A stretch of DNA of 64,000 bases from Acutalibacteraceae bacterium (GCA_045633805.1 JAZQYY010000016.1:762-64761); one strand, 5' to 3'; shown: positions 41,293 to 52,885, counted from the first letter of the stretch. Made by a program: numbers and translations. Notes: a model not told the origin generated them from the sequence alone.

Positions 41293-42387
41293 TTAGTTCT
41301 TGGGGTTGATGTAACCCTGTGCGCAAAGCTGCTCTGCCATAAGAACAGCGCCGCCTGCGGCACCTCTGAGGGTGTTGTGTGAAAGGCAAACAAATTTATA
41401 ATCAAACTGGCTGTCTTCTCTGAGACGGCCGATTGAAACTGCCATGCCGTTTTCAAGGTTTCTCTGAAGCTTTGTCTGGGGAAGGTTATCTTCTTCAAAG
41501 TAGTGAAGGAACTGCTTGGGAGCAGAGGGAAGCTCTGCTTCCTGGGGATAACCCTTGAATTCTGCCCATACTTTCTTCATTTCTTCGATTGAGGGCTTAT
41601 TCTCAAATCTTACGAAAACTGCTGCCATGTGACCGTCTGAAGCGGGAACACGAAGGCACTGTGCTGTGAAGTTGGGAGCGGTTGCGTTAACGATTTTGTC
41701 ACCGTCAATCTTGCCCCAGATCTTGAGGGGTTCAACTTCTGATTTTTCTTCTTCACCGCCGATATAGGGGATAACGTTATCAACCATTTCAGGCCATGTT
41801 TCAAATGTTTTGCCTGCGCCTGAAATTGCCTGATATGTGCAAACAAGAACGTCTTTAACTGTGTAGCCTGCTTTATCAAGGGGATAGAGAGCAGGAACGT
41901 AGCTCTGAAGTGAGCAGTTGGACTTAACTGAAACAAAGCCTCTTTCTGTGCCGAGGCGCTTTCTCTGAGCTGCGATGATTTCAGCGTGGTCGGGGTTGAG
42001 CTCGGGAACAATCATCGGAACGTCGGGAGTGTGTCTGTGAGCGCTGTTATTTGAAACAACAGGGCATTCAGCCTTTGCATAAGCTTCTTCAAGAGCTTTG
42101 ATTTCGTCCTTTTTCATATCAACTGCGCAGAAAACAAAGTCAACTGCAGCAGCAATCTTTTCGATATCTGCGGTTGCATCCATAACAACGATATCTGCAA
42201 CGTTTGCGGGGATTTCGTTAGCCATGCACCATTTTGCGCCAACGGCATCTTTATATTTTTTTCCTGCGGAGCGGGGGCTCGCAGCGAGAACTTCGATATT
42301 GAACCAGGGGTGATTTGCAAGCAGGGTGATGAAACGCTGACCAACCATACCTGTTGCGCCAACAATACCAACCTTGTAGTTTTTCAT
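41293..42387 (-). CDS. asd: Aspartate-semialdehyde dehydrogenase
   Basis: GATGMVGQ, SNCS, QAISGAG, HNTLRGAAGG; start MKNYK with GAGGT RBS. Confidence 0.96.
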   Translation of the reverse strand: MKNYKVGIVGATGMVGQRFITLLANHPWFNIEVLAASPRSAGKKYKDAVGAKWCMANEIPANVADIVVMDATADIEKIAAAVDFVFCAVDMKKDEIKALEEAYAKAECPVVSNNSAHRHTPDVPMIVPELNPDHAEIIAAQRKRLGTERGFVSVKSNCSLQSYVPALYPLDKAGYTVKDVLVCTYQAISGAGKTFETWPEMVDNVIPYIGGEEEKSEVEPLKIWGKIDGDKIVNATAPNFTAQCLRVPASDGHMAAVFVRFENKPSIEEMKKVWAEFKGYPQEAELPSAPKQFLHYFEEDNLPQTKLQRNLENGMAVSIGRLREDSQFDYKFVCLSHNTLRGAAGGAVLMAEQLCAQGYINPKN

Positions 42388-42445
42388 TTCATTATACCTC
42401 ATTTCAGGTTTACTTTCTGCGGCAGATTTTCGCCTAATCTAACGC

Positions 42446-42474
42446 TTGACAAAAACCTCCGATAATATTATGAT
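42446..42474 (+). promoter_or_regulatory. SigA-type promoter for queA-tgt
   Basis: TTGACA-17bp-TATGAT. Confidence 0.6.
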
Positions 42475-42555
42475 GATATCACAAATGCCTCGGAAAATCA
42501 AATGTCATTTATAACAATATATTATATAATTTTATTAATATTTTAAGGATTTTTT

Positions 42556-44738
<2,183 letters not shown>

Positions 44739-44821
44739 ATTGTAAAATTTAATTTAACTCTTGCATTATGGTTGCGTTTGTTGTATAATTTTAACATTAT
44801 GTTTTGGAGGTTACTCAGATT

Positions 44822-45277
44822 ATGAATTTTATTTCACTTATGGCTCCTGCAGGCGGTGCAGCAGGCGGTGCGGCAGGTGGCAGCACAAGTATGCTTATTA
44901 TGATGGCGGCTCTTTTCGGCATTATGTATTTTATGATGATCAGACCCCAGAAGAAAAAGCAGAAGGAAGAGCAGGCAATGCGTGATAACATCCAGATTGG
45001 CGATGAAATCACAACCATCGGCGGCATTATGGGCAGAGTTGTTACCGTTAAGGAAGATTCTCTCATCATCGAAACAGGTGCTGACAGAAACAAGATGAAA
45101 ATCACAAGATGGGCTGTTTCAGCTAACAACACAGCAAATGAAAAGGCTGAAGCTGAAAGACAGGCTGCAAGAGAAGCTGCAGAAGCTGCTAAGAAAGCAA
45201 AGATGGAAGAAGCTGCTGATGCAAGCAAAGCAAGACGTAAAAAGACAAAGAAAAAAGACGATACTTTTGACGCTTAA
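44822..45277 (+). CDS. yajC: Preprotein translocase subunit YajC (with Ala/Lys-rich tail)
   Basis: YFMMIRPQKKK, GDEITTIGGIMG; follows tgt. Confidence 0.93.
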   Translation: MNFISLMAPAGGAAGGAAGGSTSMLIMMAALFGIMYFMMIRPQKKKQKEEQAMRDNIQIGDEITTIGGIMGRVVTVKEDSLIIETGADRNKMKITRWAVSANNTANEKAEAERQAAREAAEAAKKAKMEEAADASKARRKKTKKKDDTFDA

Positions 45278-45341
45278 TGTGAATTAAAACAAAACTCCTT
45301 TCATATTATTGATTATCAGTAATATGAGGGGAGTATTTTTT

Positions 45342-45755
45342 ATGCCAAAAAAATCATCTCGCAGAGAAGAAAATATCAAGGCTATGCCATATAAAAGAAT
45401 AGGTGTTTGCTCCGTTATCGGAGCGGCACTCTGGTTTCTTGAAATCATCGGCTTTTCAGCCGCAGAGTTAAGTCTGGATCTCGGTGAAAATTTTTATTTG
45501 CTTGCAGGTATTGCGGCGGCGTTGGTTTCAGGGTTTATTGCGGGTTTTGCGGCACTCATAAAGGATAAGAAAAAAGCTTTGCCTTGCGGCGCTCTTGCAG
45601 GCTCAATTCAGGCTTTGGTTTGCGATATTCTGCTTGTTATCGTCAATAACGGCAGTGCAGGCAAGGGGCTTTTATTTGTTGCAGTCGCTTCAGTTATAGG
45701 TGCGGTTGCAGGCGCGCTTGTTGCGGTAAACGTTAAAACAAAAACCAGATATTGA
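45342..45755 (+). CDS. TIGR04086-like four-TM membrane protein
   Basis: Four hydrophobic helices; conserved clostridial position after yajC. Confidence 0.65.
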   Translation: MPKKSSRREENIKAMPYKRIGVCSVIGAALWFLEIIGFSAAELSLDLGENFYLLAGIAAALVSGFIAGFAALIKDKKKALPCGALAGSIQALVCDILLVIVNNGSAGKGLLFVAVASVIGAVAGALVAVNVKTKTRY

Positions 45756-45769
45756 GCGGCGGTGACAGA

Positions 45770-46285
45770 ATGAAAAAGATAGTTTTTATTGTTGTTGCCC
45801 TTATGGTATTGATGACCGCTTGCTCAACGCAAAGTGAGGTTAACCCCGATCTGTTTATCGGCAGATTTATTGAAGCCTATCCTGAATTTACCGTTAATAC
45901 GGAGCAGATGTTTTATGAAGATAACAAGTGTGTTGCGTTTATAAATAACTCTGCAGGCAGGCGTTTTGCCGCCGAAATGACTGTTGACGATGCGGACAGA
46001 GTGCAAAAAATCAGCCTTGCCTGCACCGAAGCGGAAAAGGCTGAAGAATTTTATCATCTTGCCGAATGCGTTTCAAAGCTCTATGCACAGCAAGAAGATT
46101 TTGATGCGGCGGCAAAGAAGCTTTTCAGCGGCAAAAATTATGCTTACCACGAAACACAGTGGTATTATTATTGCTTTTCGGAAACGGAAACAGGCTTGTT
46201 TTTTTCAATCGAGAGCAAGCGCCTTGCTCCTGCAAAAGAGGAAAGGTTAACCTTGAAAGAAAATGAAACACTTATCGCTCGATAA
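45770..46285 (+). CDS. Hypothetical lipoprotein
   Basis: MKK + hydrophobic stretch + lipobox LMTAC. Confidence 0.7.
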   Translation: MKKIVFIVVALMVLMTACSTQSEVNPDLFIGRFIEAYPEFTVNTEQMFYEDNKCVAFINNSAGRRFAAEMTVDDADRVQKISLACTEAEKAEEFYHLAECVSKLYAQQEDFDAAAKKLFSGKNYAYHETQWYYYCFSETETGLFFSIESKRLAPAKEERLTLKENETLIAR

Positions 46286-46288
46286 AGA

Positions 46289-46321
46289 AAAACTCCGACA
46301 GATGATATCTGTCGGAGTTTT
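46289..46321. terminator. Bidirectional terminator
   Basis: AAAACTCCGACAGAT-GAT-ATCTGTCGGAGTTTT perfect inverted repeat. Confidence 0.85.
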
Positions 46322-46326
46322 GTTGA

Positions 46327-47340
46327 TTACATCATTTCTGAAAGCTTAATGGGTCTGCCTTCTGCAACAGATTTCTTTGCAGCAAGAGCAACAAGAATTG
46401 AGTTAAGACCGTCAGCACCTGTTGTGGGCGTTTCTTTGTCGTTGATAACTGCGTCAACAAACTGAAGCATTTCATCTCTGAAAGACTGCATATATCTCTC
46501 AAGGAAGAAGTAAAGGGGCTTATCGGCAACAACGCCTTCTTCACCCATAAATACAACGTTTGTGGGGGTGTCGTTTGAAGCAACAGCGGCACCTTTGCTG
46601 CCGAAAACTTCAATTCTCTGGTCGTAACCGTAAGCGGCACGTCTGCTGTTATCGATAACACCTACTGCGCCGTTTTCAAACTTAAGGCTGATAACTGCAG
46701 TGTCAACGTCGCCTGCTTCGCCGATTGCGGGGTCAACAAGGCAAGTTGCGTTTGCATAAACTTCTGTAACTTCACAGCCTGCAAGGAAGCGAGCCATATC
46801 GAAATCGTGAATTGTCATATCAAGGAACATACCGCCGCTGACTGCAGAATATTCTGCCGGAGGGGGAGCAGGGTCTCTTGAGGTAATTTTAACAATGTGA
46901 ACGTCACCGATTTTGCCGTCGTTAACCATTGCTCTCACGTTTGCAAAGTTGTGGTCAAAGCGTCTGTTAAAACCAACCTGAAGCTTAACGCCTGCCTTTG
47001 CAACTGCATCGATAACTGCGTTAACCTTTTCAGGTGTGAGGTCAACGGGCTTTTCGCAGAAGATGTGCTTGCCTGCCTGAGCGGCTTCAATAGCGATATC
47101 TGCGTGAGTGTCAGTTGATGAGCAAACAAGAACTGCGTCAACGTTGGGGTCGGCGAGCATTTCTTTATAGTCTGCGTAAATCTTGGGTATGTTAAGTTCT
47201 GCGGCAACCTTTTCTGCGTTTGCCTTGAAAACGTCTGTGATACCTGCAACAACGGCTGTGGGCACGTTATAAGTGATTGACTTAGCGTGAACATAACCGA
47301 TTCTGCCGGCACCGATAATGCCAATTCTGAGCTGTTCCAT
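46327..47340 (-). CDS. iolG: Inositol 2-dehydrogenase (Gfo/Idh/MocA family)
   Basis: GAGRIG, CEKP, GFNRRFD, TSRDP, DMTIHDFD, YGYDQRIEVFG. Confidence 0.88.
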   Translation of the reverse strand: MEQLRIGIIGAGRIGYVHAKSITYNVPTAVVAGITDVFKANAEKVAAELNIPKIYADYKEMLADPNVDAVLVCSSTDTHADIAIEAAQAGKHIFCEKPVDLTPEKVNAVIDAVAKAGVKLQVGFNRRFDHNFANVRAMVNDGKIGDVHIVKITSRDPAPPPAEYSAVSGGMFLDMTIHDFDMARFLAGCEVTEVYANATCLVDPAIGEAGDVDTAVISLKFENGAVGVIDNSRRAAYGYDQRIEVFGSKGAAVASNDTPTNVVFMGEEGVVADKPLYFFLERYMQSFRDEMLQFVDAVINDKETPTTGADGLNSILVALAAKKSVAEGRPIKLSEMM

Positions 47341-47426
47341 AATATCGGTCCTTTCGTTTTGCGGGAATAATCCCGAATTCTATTTGATTTTAACATATAT
47401 TAATTCTGAATTCAACAAAAAATTTT

Positions 47427-47672
47427 CTATTTTGAATATTTTTCTTTTGTTGCAAGACCGCCCCTGATATGTCTTTCAGCTTTGTTTATATCAAGCACTT
47501 TTCGCACCGAGTTATAGAGCGACGGGTTTGAAAACCGCAATCTTTTTGTGATGTCCATATGTACGGTGCTTTTTGAAACACCGAATTTTTTCGCCGCCGC
47601 TCTGACTGTTGTTTGATTTTCGATGATATATTCTGCAAGCTCAACGGCTCTTTGCTCAACAAATCCTTTCAA
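47427..47672 (-). CDS. spoIIID: Sporulation transcription regulator SpoIIID
   Basis: TVRAAAKKFGVSKSTVH, NKAERHIRGGLATKEKY. Confidence 0.95.
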   Translation of the reverse strand: MKGFVEQRAVELAEYIIENQTTVRAAAKKFGVSKSTVHMDITKRLRFSNPSLYNSVRKVLDINKAERHIRGGLATKEKYSK

Positions 47673-47705
47673 AATAAGCCCTCCGAGTTCAAATTATACT
47701 GTTAG

Positions 47706-47734
47706 ATACTATGAAAATCAGAGGCAGAATATGC
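47706..47734 (-). promoter_or_regulatory. SigE-type promoter of spoIIID
   Basis: Minus strand GCATATT-14bp-CATAGTAT matches the SigE consensus; spoIIID is a known SigE target. Confidence 0.7.
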
Positions 47735-47741
47735 CAAAATA

Positions 47742-47770
47742 TTGACAGGGCTTAAATAATAAAATATAAT
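47742..47770 (+). promoter_or_regulatory. Consensus SigA promoter for sdaAB-sdaAA-esterase
   Basis: TTGACA-17bp-TATAAT. Confidence 0.85.
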
Positions 47771-47798
47771 GGAAATATCAAATTACAGGAGTAACTTT

Positions 47799-48467
47799 AT
47801 GGCATTTATCAGCGTTTTTGAAGTTATAGGGCCCAATATGGTCGGCCCTTCAAGTTCTCATACAGCGGGTGCGGCTTCCATTGCCCGCCTTGCGTGGAAG
47901 ATGATGCACGAAAAAATAAAAAGCGTTCATTTCACTCTTTACGGCTCTTTTGCTCAAACTTACAGAGGTCACGGCACAGACAGGGCTCTGCTCGGCGGTA
48001 TGATGGGTTTTGAAACCGATGATATCCGTATCCGTGATTCGTTTGAAATTGCAGAAAAAGAGGGGATAGAGTTTTCTTTCACTGCAAATACCGTTGAAAC
48101 TGACGTGCATCCCAATACAGTTGATATTGAGATTGAAGACGTCACGGGCAGAAAGCTCACCGTCAGAGGCGAATCAATCGGCGGCGGCAAGGTCAGGCTC
48201 ACAAGAATTGACGGTGTTAAGGTGCTCTTCACAGGCGAATATCATTCGCTTATTGTTGAGCATAAAGACCATCCGGGTGTTATCGCAAAGGTAACTTCAA
48301 TTCTCGGCAAACGTCACGTTAATATTGCGTTTCTGCGTGTTTACAGAGAAAACAAGGGTGGCATAGCATATATGATTATTGAGTCAGATGAAGAGATAAC
48401 AAAGGAAATCGTTGACGAAATTGAGAGCAATCCTTTTGTTAAAGATACTATGCTGATTAGGAGATAA
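47799..48467 (+). CDS. sdaAB: L-serine dehydratase beta subunit
   Basis: GPNMVGPSSSHTAGA, LYGSFA, GHGTD, HPNT, SIGGG, C-terminal ACT. Confidence 0.95.
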   Translation: MAFISVFEVIGPNMVGPSSSHTAGAASIARLAWKMMHEKIKSVHFTLYGSFAQTYRGHGTDRALLGGMMGFETDDIRIRDSFEIAEKEGIEFSFTANTVETDVHPNTVDIEIEDVTGRKLTVRGESIGGGKVRLTRIDGVKVLFTGEYHSLIVEHKDHPGVIAKVTSILGKRHVNIAFLRVYRENKGGIAYMIIESDEEITKEIVDEIESNPFVKDTMLIRR

Positions 48468-48470
48468 ACA

Positions 48471-49358
48471 ATGGATTTTAATACGGCAAACGAGCTCCTT
48501 ATGCTCTGTAAAAAAGAAAATAAAAAGATATCGGAGATTATGCGTCTGCGCGAAATTGTTTATGGCGAATGCGATGCCGAAACCGTTGATGCAAAGATGA
48601 AAAAATCTCTTGCCATAATGAAAGAATCTGCCCACGCACCGCTTCATAATGCGGTTAAATCAATGGGCGGTATGATAGGCGGCGAATCCAAAAAGCTTGA
48701 AGAAAGACGAGCTTCGGGCAAATCAATCTGCGGCACCGTGCTCACAAAAGCGCTGATTTATTCGCAGGCTGTGCTTGAGGTGAATGCTTCAATGGGTGTT
48801 ATTGTTGCCGCTCCCACCGCGGGCTCGGCAGGCGTTGTGCCGTCGGTTCTTTTTGCACTTGCGGAAGAATTTGATATTCCCGATGAAAGGCTTTGTGAAG
48901 CTCTTTTCACTGCAGGTGCGGTAGGTTCAATTCTTATGAAAAACGCATCGGTTTCAGGTGCAGAAGCAGGTTGCCAGGCAGAAATCGGCTCTGCGGCGGC
49001 GATGGCGGCGGCAGCGGCGGTAGAGCTTATGGGCGGCACTCCCGAGCAATGTTTTGAGGCAGCGTCAATAGCAATCGGTAATATGCTCGGCCTTGTTTGC
49101 GACCCGATAGCAGGTCTGGTTGAAGCTCCTTGCCAGAGCAGAAATGCCGCAGGCGCATCGAATGCAATAACAAGCGCAGAAATGGCTCTTGCAGGTATAA
49201 AGTCAGCAATTCCATTCAATGAAATGACCGATGCAATGTACCGCGTTGGCAAAAAACTTCCGATGGAGCTTCGCGAAACGGCTCTTGGCGGTTGTGCCGC
49301 AACCCCAACAGGATGCGCTCTTAAATGCTCCATTTTCGGAGGTATGCAAAATGCTTAA
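48471..49358 (+). CDS. sdaAA: L-serine dehydratase alpha subunit
   Basis: IVAAPTAGSAG, GAEAGCQAE, GLVCDPIAGLVEAPC, LRETALGG. Confidence 0.95.
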   Translation: MDFNTANELLMLCKKENKKISEIMRLREIVYGECDAETVDAKMKKSLAIMKESAHAPLHNAVKSMGGMIGGESKKLEERRASGKSICGTVLTKALIYSQAVLEVNASMGVIVAAPTAGSAGVVPSVLFALAEEFDIPDERLCEALFTAGAVGSILMKNASVSGAEAGCQAEIGSAAAMAAAAAVELMGGTPEQCFEAASIAIGNMLGLVCDPIAGLVEAPCQSRNAAGASNAITSAEMALAGIKSAIPFNEMTDAMYRVGKKLPMELRETALGGCAATPTGCALKCSIFGGMQNA

Positions 49359-51582
49359 AAGAATTATCTCCGTTTTACTCGCAGCACTTATAACCGCTTC
49401 GTGTGTTACTTTTGCATATGCAGATAATACCACTGCAAGGGTGTATTCGATTTATTCCGATAATATGCTGTTTAAGCAAAATGAAGAAGCAATCATTGCA
49501 GGAACGGGAGAGCAGGGCGCGGAGATTACGGTTGAGCTTCTGCTTGGGGATTCTGTTGTTTCAAGCGGAAAATCCTTTGTTGGCGATGACGGAACATTCT
49601 GTGTTTCTTTTAATGCTCCTGCAGGCGGATACGATACATATACGGTTTTGCTTAAAGAAAACGGAACTGAATTCAAAAAACTTGAAAATGTTGTTTTCGG
49701 TGAACTCTGGCTTTCAAGCGGACAGAGCAATATGCAGTATCCGCTCGGACAGGAAAAATACGGCTCGGAAATGATGAATAAATCAGAAAAACTCAGTCCG
49801 TGGATTAGAACTCTGATTATTCCCGCTTATCCCGAATATAACGGTTCAAATGAGCTTGTTCCTTATGAGCCACAGAATGATATTATTGATGCAAGGTGGA
49901 TAACGGGGGAGAGTTCCGAAATTTACGGTATGAGTGCGGTTGCATATTTCTTTGCCGCAAAAATGCAGGAATCCCTTGATATGCCTGTGGGTATCCTTAA
50001 TCTCTCGCTTGGCGGATCTTCGATTGCCTCCTGGCTTTCGCGAGATGCTGTTGATGGCTGTGATAGCGTTAAAAATGATTTTATAAATAATAACAGATAT
50101 ATAGAAAAATCCGATTGGAAAGACGATGAAATTAATGTTTATGTCGATATGACAGGTAACTATAATCTCCGAATAAATCCTGTCAGACATTTCAAGCTCT
50201 CGGGTATGATTTGGTATCAGGGTGAAAGTGATATCGGATGGTCGGGCGAAGAGTATGAAAATGCATTTAATCTTATGCAAACTTCATATACAAAGCTTTT
50301 TAATTATCAAAACGGCTTGCTTCCGATAGTTTATAGCCAGCTGGCAGCGTATTTCTATGACGAAAGCGGCTTTTGCCTTCCCGAACGCAATGTTGACTTT
50401 ACTGAAATACAGCAGAAAGAAGCTTCTTCAAGAGCTGTTGTTCCCATATACGATATTCCGCTTACTTTTATTCCGGGAGTAGGCTCCATTCATCCGGAGC
50501 ATAAAAAAGAAATAGGTGAGCGAATGGCTTTTGCTGCCGACGGACTTGTTTACGGAAAACGTGATTATTATTCCGCACCTGCAATTACGGCTTCGGAAAT
50601 AAAAGACGGTGCGATATATGTAACGTTAAATAATGTCGGTGACGGACTTAAGATTAACGGTGAATCGGAAGAAGGCTTTGCTGTTTGCGGAGATGACGGC
50701 ATTTATGTAAAAGCCGATGCGGAAGTCGTATCGAATAATACAGTTAAAATTTTCAACAAAGATGTTACTGAACCCAAATCCGCAAGCTATGCATTTTCAG
50801 TCAGCAATATGTCCTCAAATCTTTATGCAACCGAAAACGGAAATCTTGCGTTGCCTGCCTCGCCGTTTATTACCAATCCCGATTATTCAACTAAATTCTG
50901 GATTGAAAAACCGTGGGCAGACAATGAATCAGATAAGGTTTGGCGTACCCATAATGATGAGTACAGCGCATTCTATCCTTTGTGGAAAGGTGAAAATGCA
51001 GAACTGAGCTATACATCCGAAAGTGCATTCAGCGGTACCCTCGGATTGACGATTTTGTCAAATGGCGGAAGTTTTTCCGCAAATCCGTTTATATCATTTA
51101 AAAACGGGATTTCAAGCAAATCTTTCGCAGATTCTGAAACCGATTACAGTAATTACGGAACTCTCACTATGAAAATAAAAAACAACGGCAAGAAAGATGT
51201 TGTGTTAAGCGGGATTCGCTTTCAGAGAAACTCTTTGATGTGGTATTCACCGTCCGTTAATGGCGAAAATGATATTGATTATGTCATTTCTGCAGACGGA
51301 GAATGGCATTCCGTAACATTTGATTTAAATAAACTTTATTTATTCGGAAACGAGTGCGGAATATCAGTTTCAAACCGTGCGCTTTCAAACGTTAAAAATA
51401 TTGAATTTCTTTTCTCATCAGATATAAATGCCGATATCTCGCTTGACCATATCCGCTTTACTTCATCAAAGGCAAGTATAGGCTTGGGGTTTGATGCCGA
51501 TGTAAGCAAGGCTGATAATCCGTTTGAATTTATATCTGCTTTGTTTGTAAGTTTATTAGGCATTTTTGCTGAAATCCTTTGA
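49351..51582 (+). CDS. Secreted sialate O-acetylesterase-like SGNH hydrolase with a C-terminal CBM-like domain
   Basis: Signal peptide MLKRIIS...AYA; GELWLSSGQSNM, IWYQGESD, IHP motifs; amphipathic C-terminal helix. Confidence 0.85.
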   Translation: MLKRIISVLLAALITASCVTFAYADNTTARVYSIYSDNMLFKQNEEAIIAGTGEQGAEITVELLLGDSVVSSGKSFVGDDGTFCVSFNAPAGGYDTYTVLLKENGTEFKKLENVVFGELWLSSGQSNMQYPLGQEKYGSEMMNKSEKLSPWIRTLIIPAYPEYNGSNELVPYEPQNDIIDARWITGESSEIYGMSAVAYFFAAKMQESLDMPVGILNLSLGGSSIASWLSRDAVDGCDSVKNDFINNNRYIEKSDWKDDEINVYVDMTGNYNLRINPVRHFKLSGMIWYQGESDIGWSGEEYENAFNLMQTSYTKLFNYQNGLLPIVYSQLAAYFYDESGFCLPERNVDFTEIQQKEASSRAVVPIYDIPLTFIPGVGSIHPEHKKEIGERMAFAADGLVYGKRDYYSAPAITASEIKDGAIYVTLNNVGDGLKINGESEEGFAVCGDDGIYVKADAEVVSNNTVKIFNKDVTEPKSASYAFSVSNMSSNLYATENGNLALPASPFITNPDYSTKFWIEKPWADNESDKVWRTHNDEYSAFYPLWKGENAELSYTSESAFSGTLGLTILSNGGSFSANPFISFKNGISSKSFADSETDYSNYGTLTMKIKNNGKKDVVLSGIRFQRNSLMWYSPSVNGENDIDYVISADGEWHSVTFDLNKLYLFGNECGISVSNRALSNVKNIEFLFSSDINADISLDHIRFTSSKASIGLGFDADVSKADNPFEFISALFVSLLGIFAEIL

Positions 51583-51589
51583 TCGGTTG

Positions 51590-51624
51590 CGGCCTGCAGA
51601 TTTTCAGTCTGCAGGCCGTTTTTC
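51590..51624 (+). terminator. Rho-independent terminator
   Basis: CGGCCTGCAGA...TCTGCAGGCCG + TTTTT. Confidence 0.8.
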
Positions 51625-51706
51625 TCAATTTTTCCTTGATAATGTTTAACAAATTCTTTGTTGTTATGTCGATTGAAAATTAAAATTAAAATTTTTAAAT
51701 TAATTA

Positions 51707-51735
51707 TTGACAAATTAAAATCTTTTTGGTATTAT
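51707..51735 (+). promoter_or_regulatory. SigA promoter of the tRNA pair
   Basis: TTGACA-17bp-TATTAT, extended TG, AT-rich UP element. Confidence 0.75.
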
Positions 51736-51758
51736 ATCTATCGTTGCGAATGCAATAA

Positions 51759-51835
51759 GGGCCATTAGCTCAGTTGGTTAGAGCAACCGGCTCATAACCG
51801 GTCGGTCCGGGGTTCGAGTCCCTGATGGCCCACCA
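51759..51835 (+). tRNA. tRNA with CAT anticodon, most likely tRNA-Ile2 (lysidine)
   Basis: Cloverleaf GGGCCAT...ATGGCCC-ACCA, anticodon loop CTCATAA; resembles Firmicutes Ile2 rather than initiator or elongator Met. Confidence 0.9.
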
Positions 51836-51846
51836 CCAATTTATAT

Positions 51847-51922
51847 AGGGGTATAGCTCAGTTGGTAGAGCAGCGGTCTCCAAAACCGCGTGCCGAGGGT
51901 TCAAGTCCTTCTGCCCCTGCCA
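51847..51922 (+). tRNA. tRNA-Trp(CCA)
   Basis: AGGGGTA...TGCCCCT-GCCA, anticodon loop CTCCAAA, T-loop TTCAAGT. Confidence 0.96.
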
Positions 51923-51926
51923 TTCA

Positions 51927-51967
51927 AGTCCCGAAACCGTTGATATACAAGGGTTTCGGGATTTTTA
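51927..51967 (+). terminator. Long hairpin directly after tRNA-Trp (terminator and/or element-end motif)
   Basis: AGTCCCGAAACCGTTG-ATATA-CAAGGGTTTCGGGATT + T tract. Confidence 0.65.
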
Positions 51968-52041
51968 TTTTAATTTTTTCGAAAATCGTTATTTTTCTAA
52001 AATAGCATCATTACCGCAAAATATCGCACATTTTCGATAGC

Positions 52042-52065
52042 TATGTGCCCCTTTATGTGCCCCTT
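52042..52065. repeat. Perfect 12-bp tandem direct repeat (possible integrase arm-type sites)
   Basis: TATGTGCCCCTT x2. Confidence 0.7.
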
Positions 52066-52093
52066 TTTTGAAGGTACAAAACACCCAAAAACC

Positions 52094-52132
52094 CAGACAG
52101 CAGAAGGGATTTCCCAACTGCTGTCTTTTTTT
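52094..52132 (+). terminator. Rho-independent terminator
   Basis: AGACAGCAG...CTGCTGTCT + T tract. Confidence 0.7.
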
Positions 52133-52335
52133 ATTCGGTAATATAATGTATTTCTTGTTTATCTTTAACTGTTATAATTTGATTTTCTATTATTTACGTT
52201 GCCACTATGTTGCTATATTCAATTTATAAGGTTATAATGGAGTCAGGAAAAAATATTTTGAAATATTTTGAAATTTCTGCGTTACATTTTTAAAATTTGT
52301 TGACTACATTATGAAGACCAACGAAAGGAGTGAGG

Positions 52336-52881
52336 ATGATGAGCGAAAAGAAGCGTGCAAACGCATTGCTGCAGGAATGCTATGAACAATACCGCATAAA
52401 GATTTTCAACTATTGTCTTTCACGCCTTGACGGTTCACGGGAGGCTGCAGACGACTGTGTGCAGGAGGTCTTCATCGTTTTCTATAACAAACTTCTCGAC
52501 GGAGAGGAATTTGAGAATCCGAGAGCATTTCTTTATCGGACAGCCGACAATTTCGTCAAACGGCAAAAACAAAAAGATGCAATGGAGTTGCGGCATAACG
52601 TTTCGCTGGATGAAGCTGAACAAATCGGAGTAAGCGATTCGGAATACACCGAAAGGCTCAACCTGATTGATTATGAGGAATGTGCAAAAATTCTTCTGAA
52701 TCTTCTGACCGATGAAGAAAAACAAATTTATGATTTGCGGTACATACATAAAATCGGAGTTGAGGAGATTGCAGAAAGACTCGGAATATCAAGACCTGCC
52801 GCATCGATGCGGTTAATGCGATTAAGAAACAAGATTAAAGATATGGTTTATTCTTTTGATATTGAAAAGAAAGGAGGCTGA
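52336..52881 (+). CDS. ECF RNA polymerase sigma factor (cassette 1)
   Basis: Region 2 ADDCVQEVF...FLYRTADN; region 4 EIAERLGISRPAASMRLMRLR. Confidence 0.92.
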   Translation: MMSEKKRANALLQECYEQYRIKIFNYCLSRLDGSREAADDCVQEVFIVFYNKLLDGEEFENPRAFLYRTADNFVKRQKQKDAMELRHNVSLDEAEQIGVSDSEYTERLNLIDYEECAKILLNLLTDEEKQIYDLRYIHKIGVEEIAERLGISRPAASMRLMRLRNKIKDMVYSFDIEKKGG

Positions 52882-52885
52882 CGGA

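Noticed and set aside
42390-42555. Lysine riboswitch upstream of asd
   Set aside because: The intergenic region is short, AT-rich and shared with the queA promoter; no aptamer helices are visible.
48758-49333. 191-aa antisense ORF and similar antisense ORFs elsewhere
   Set aside because: Antisense shadows of well-conserved genes such as sdaAA, caused by codon bias.
51759-51835. Initiator tRNA-fMet
   Set aside because: It has a paired G1-C72 and lacks the three consecutive G-C pairs (GGG/CCC) in the anticodon stem.
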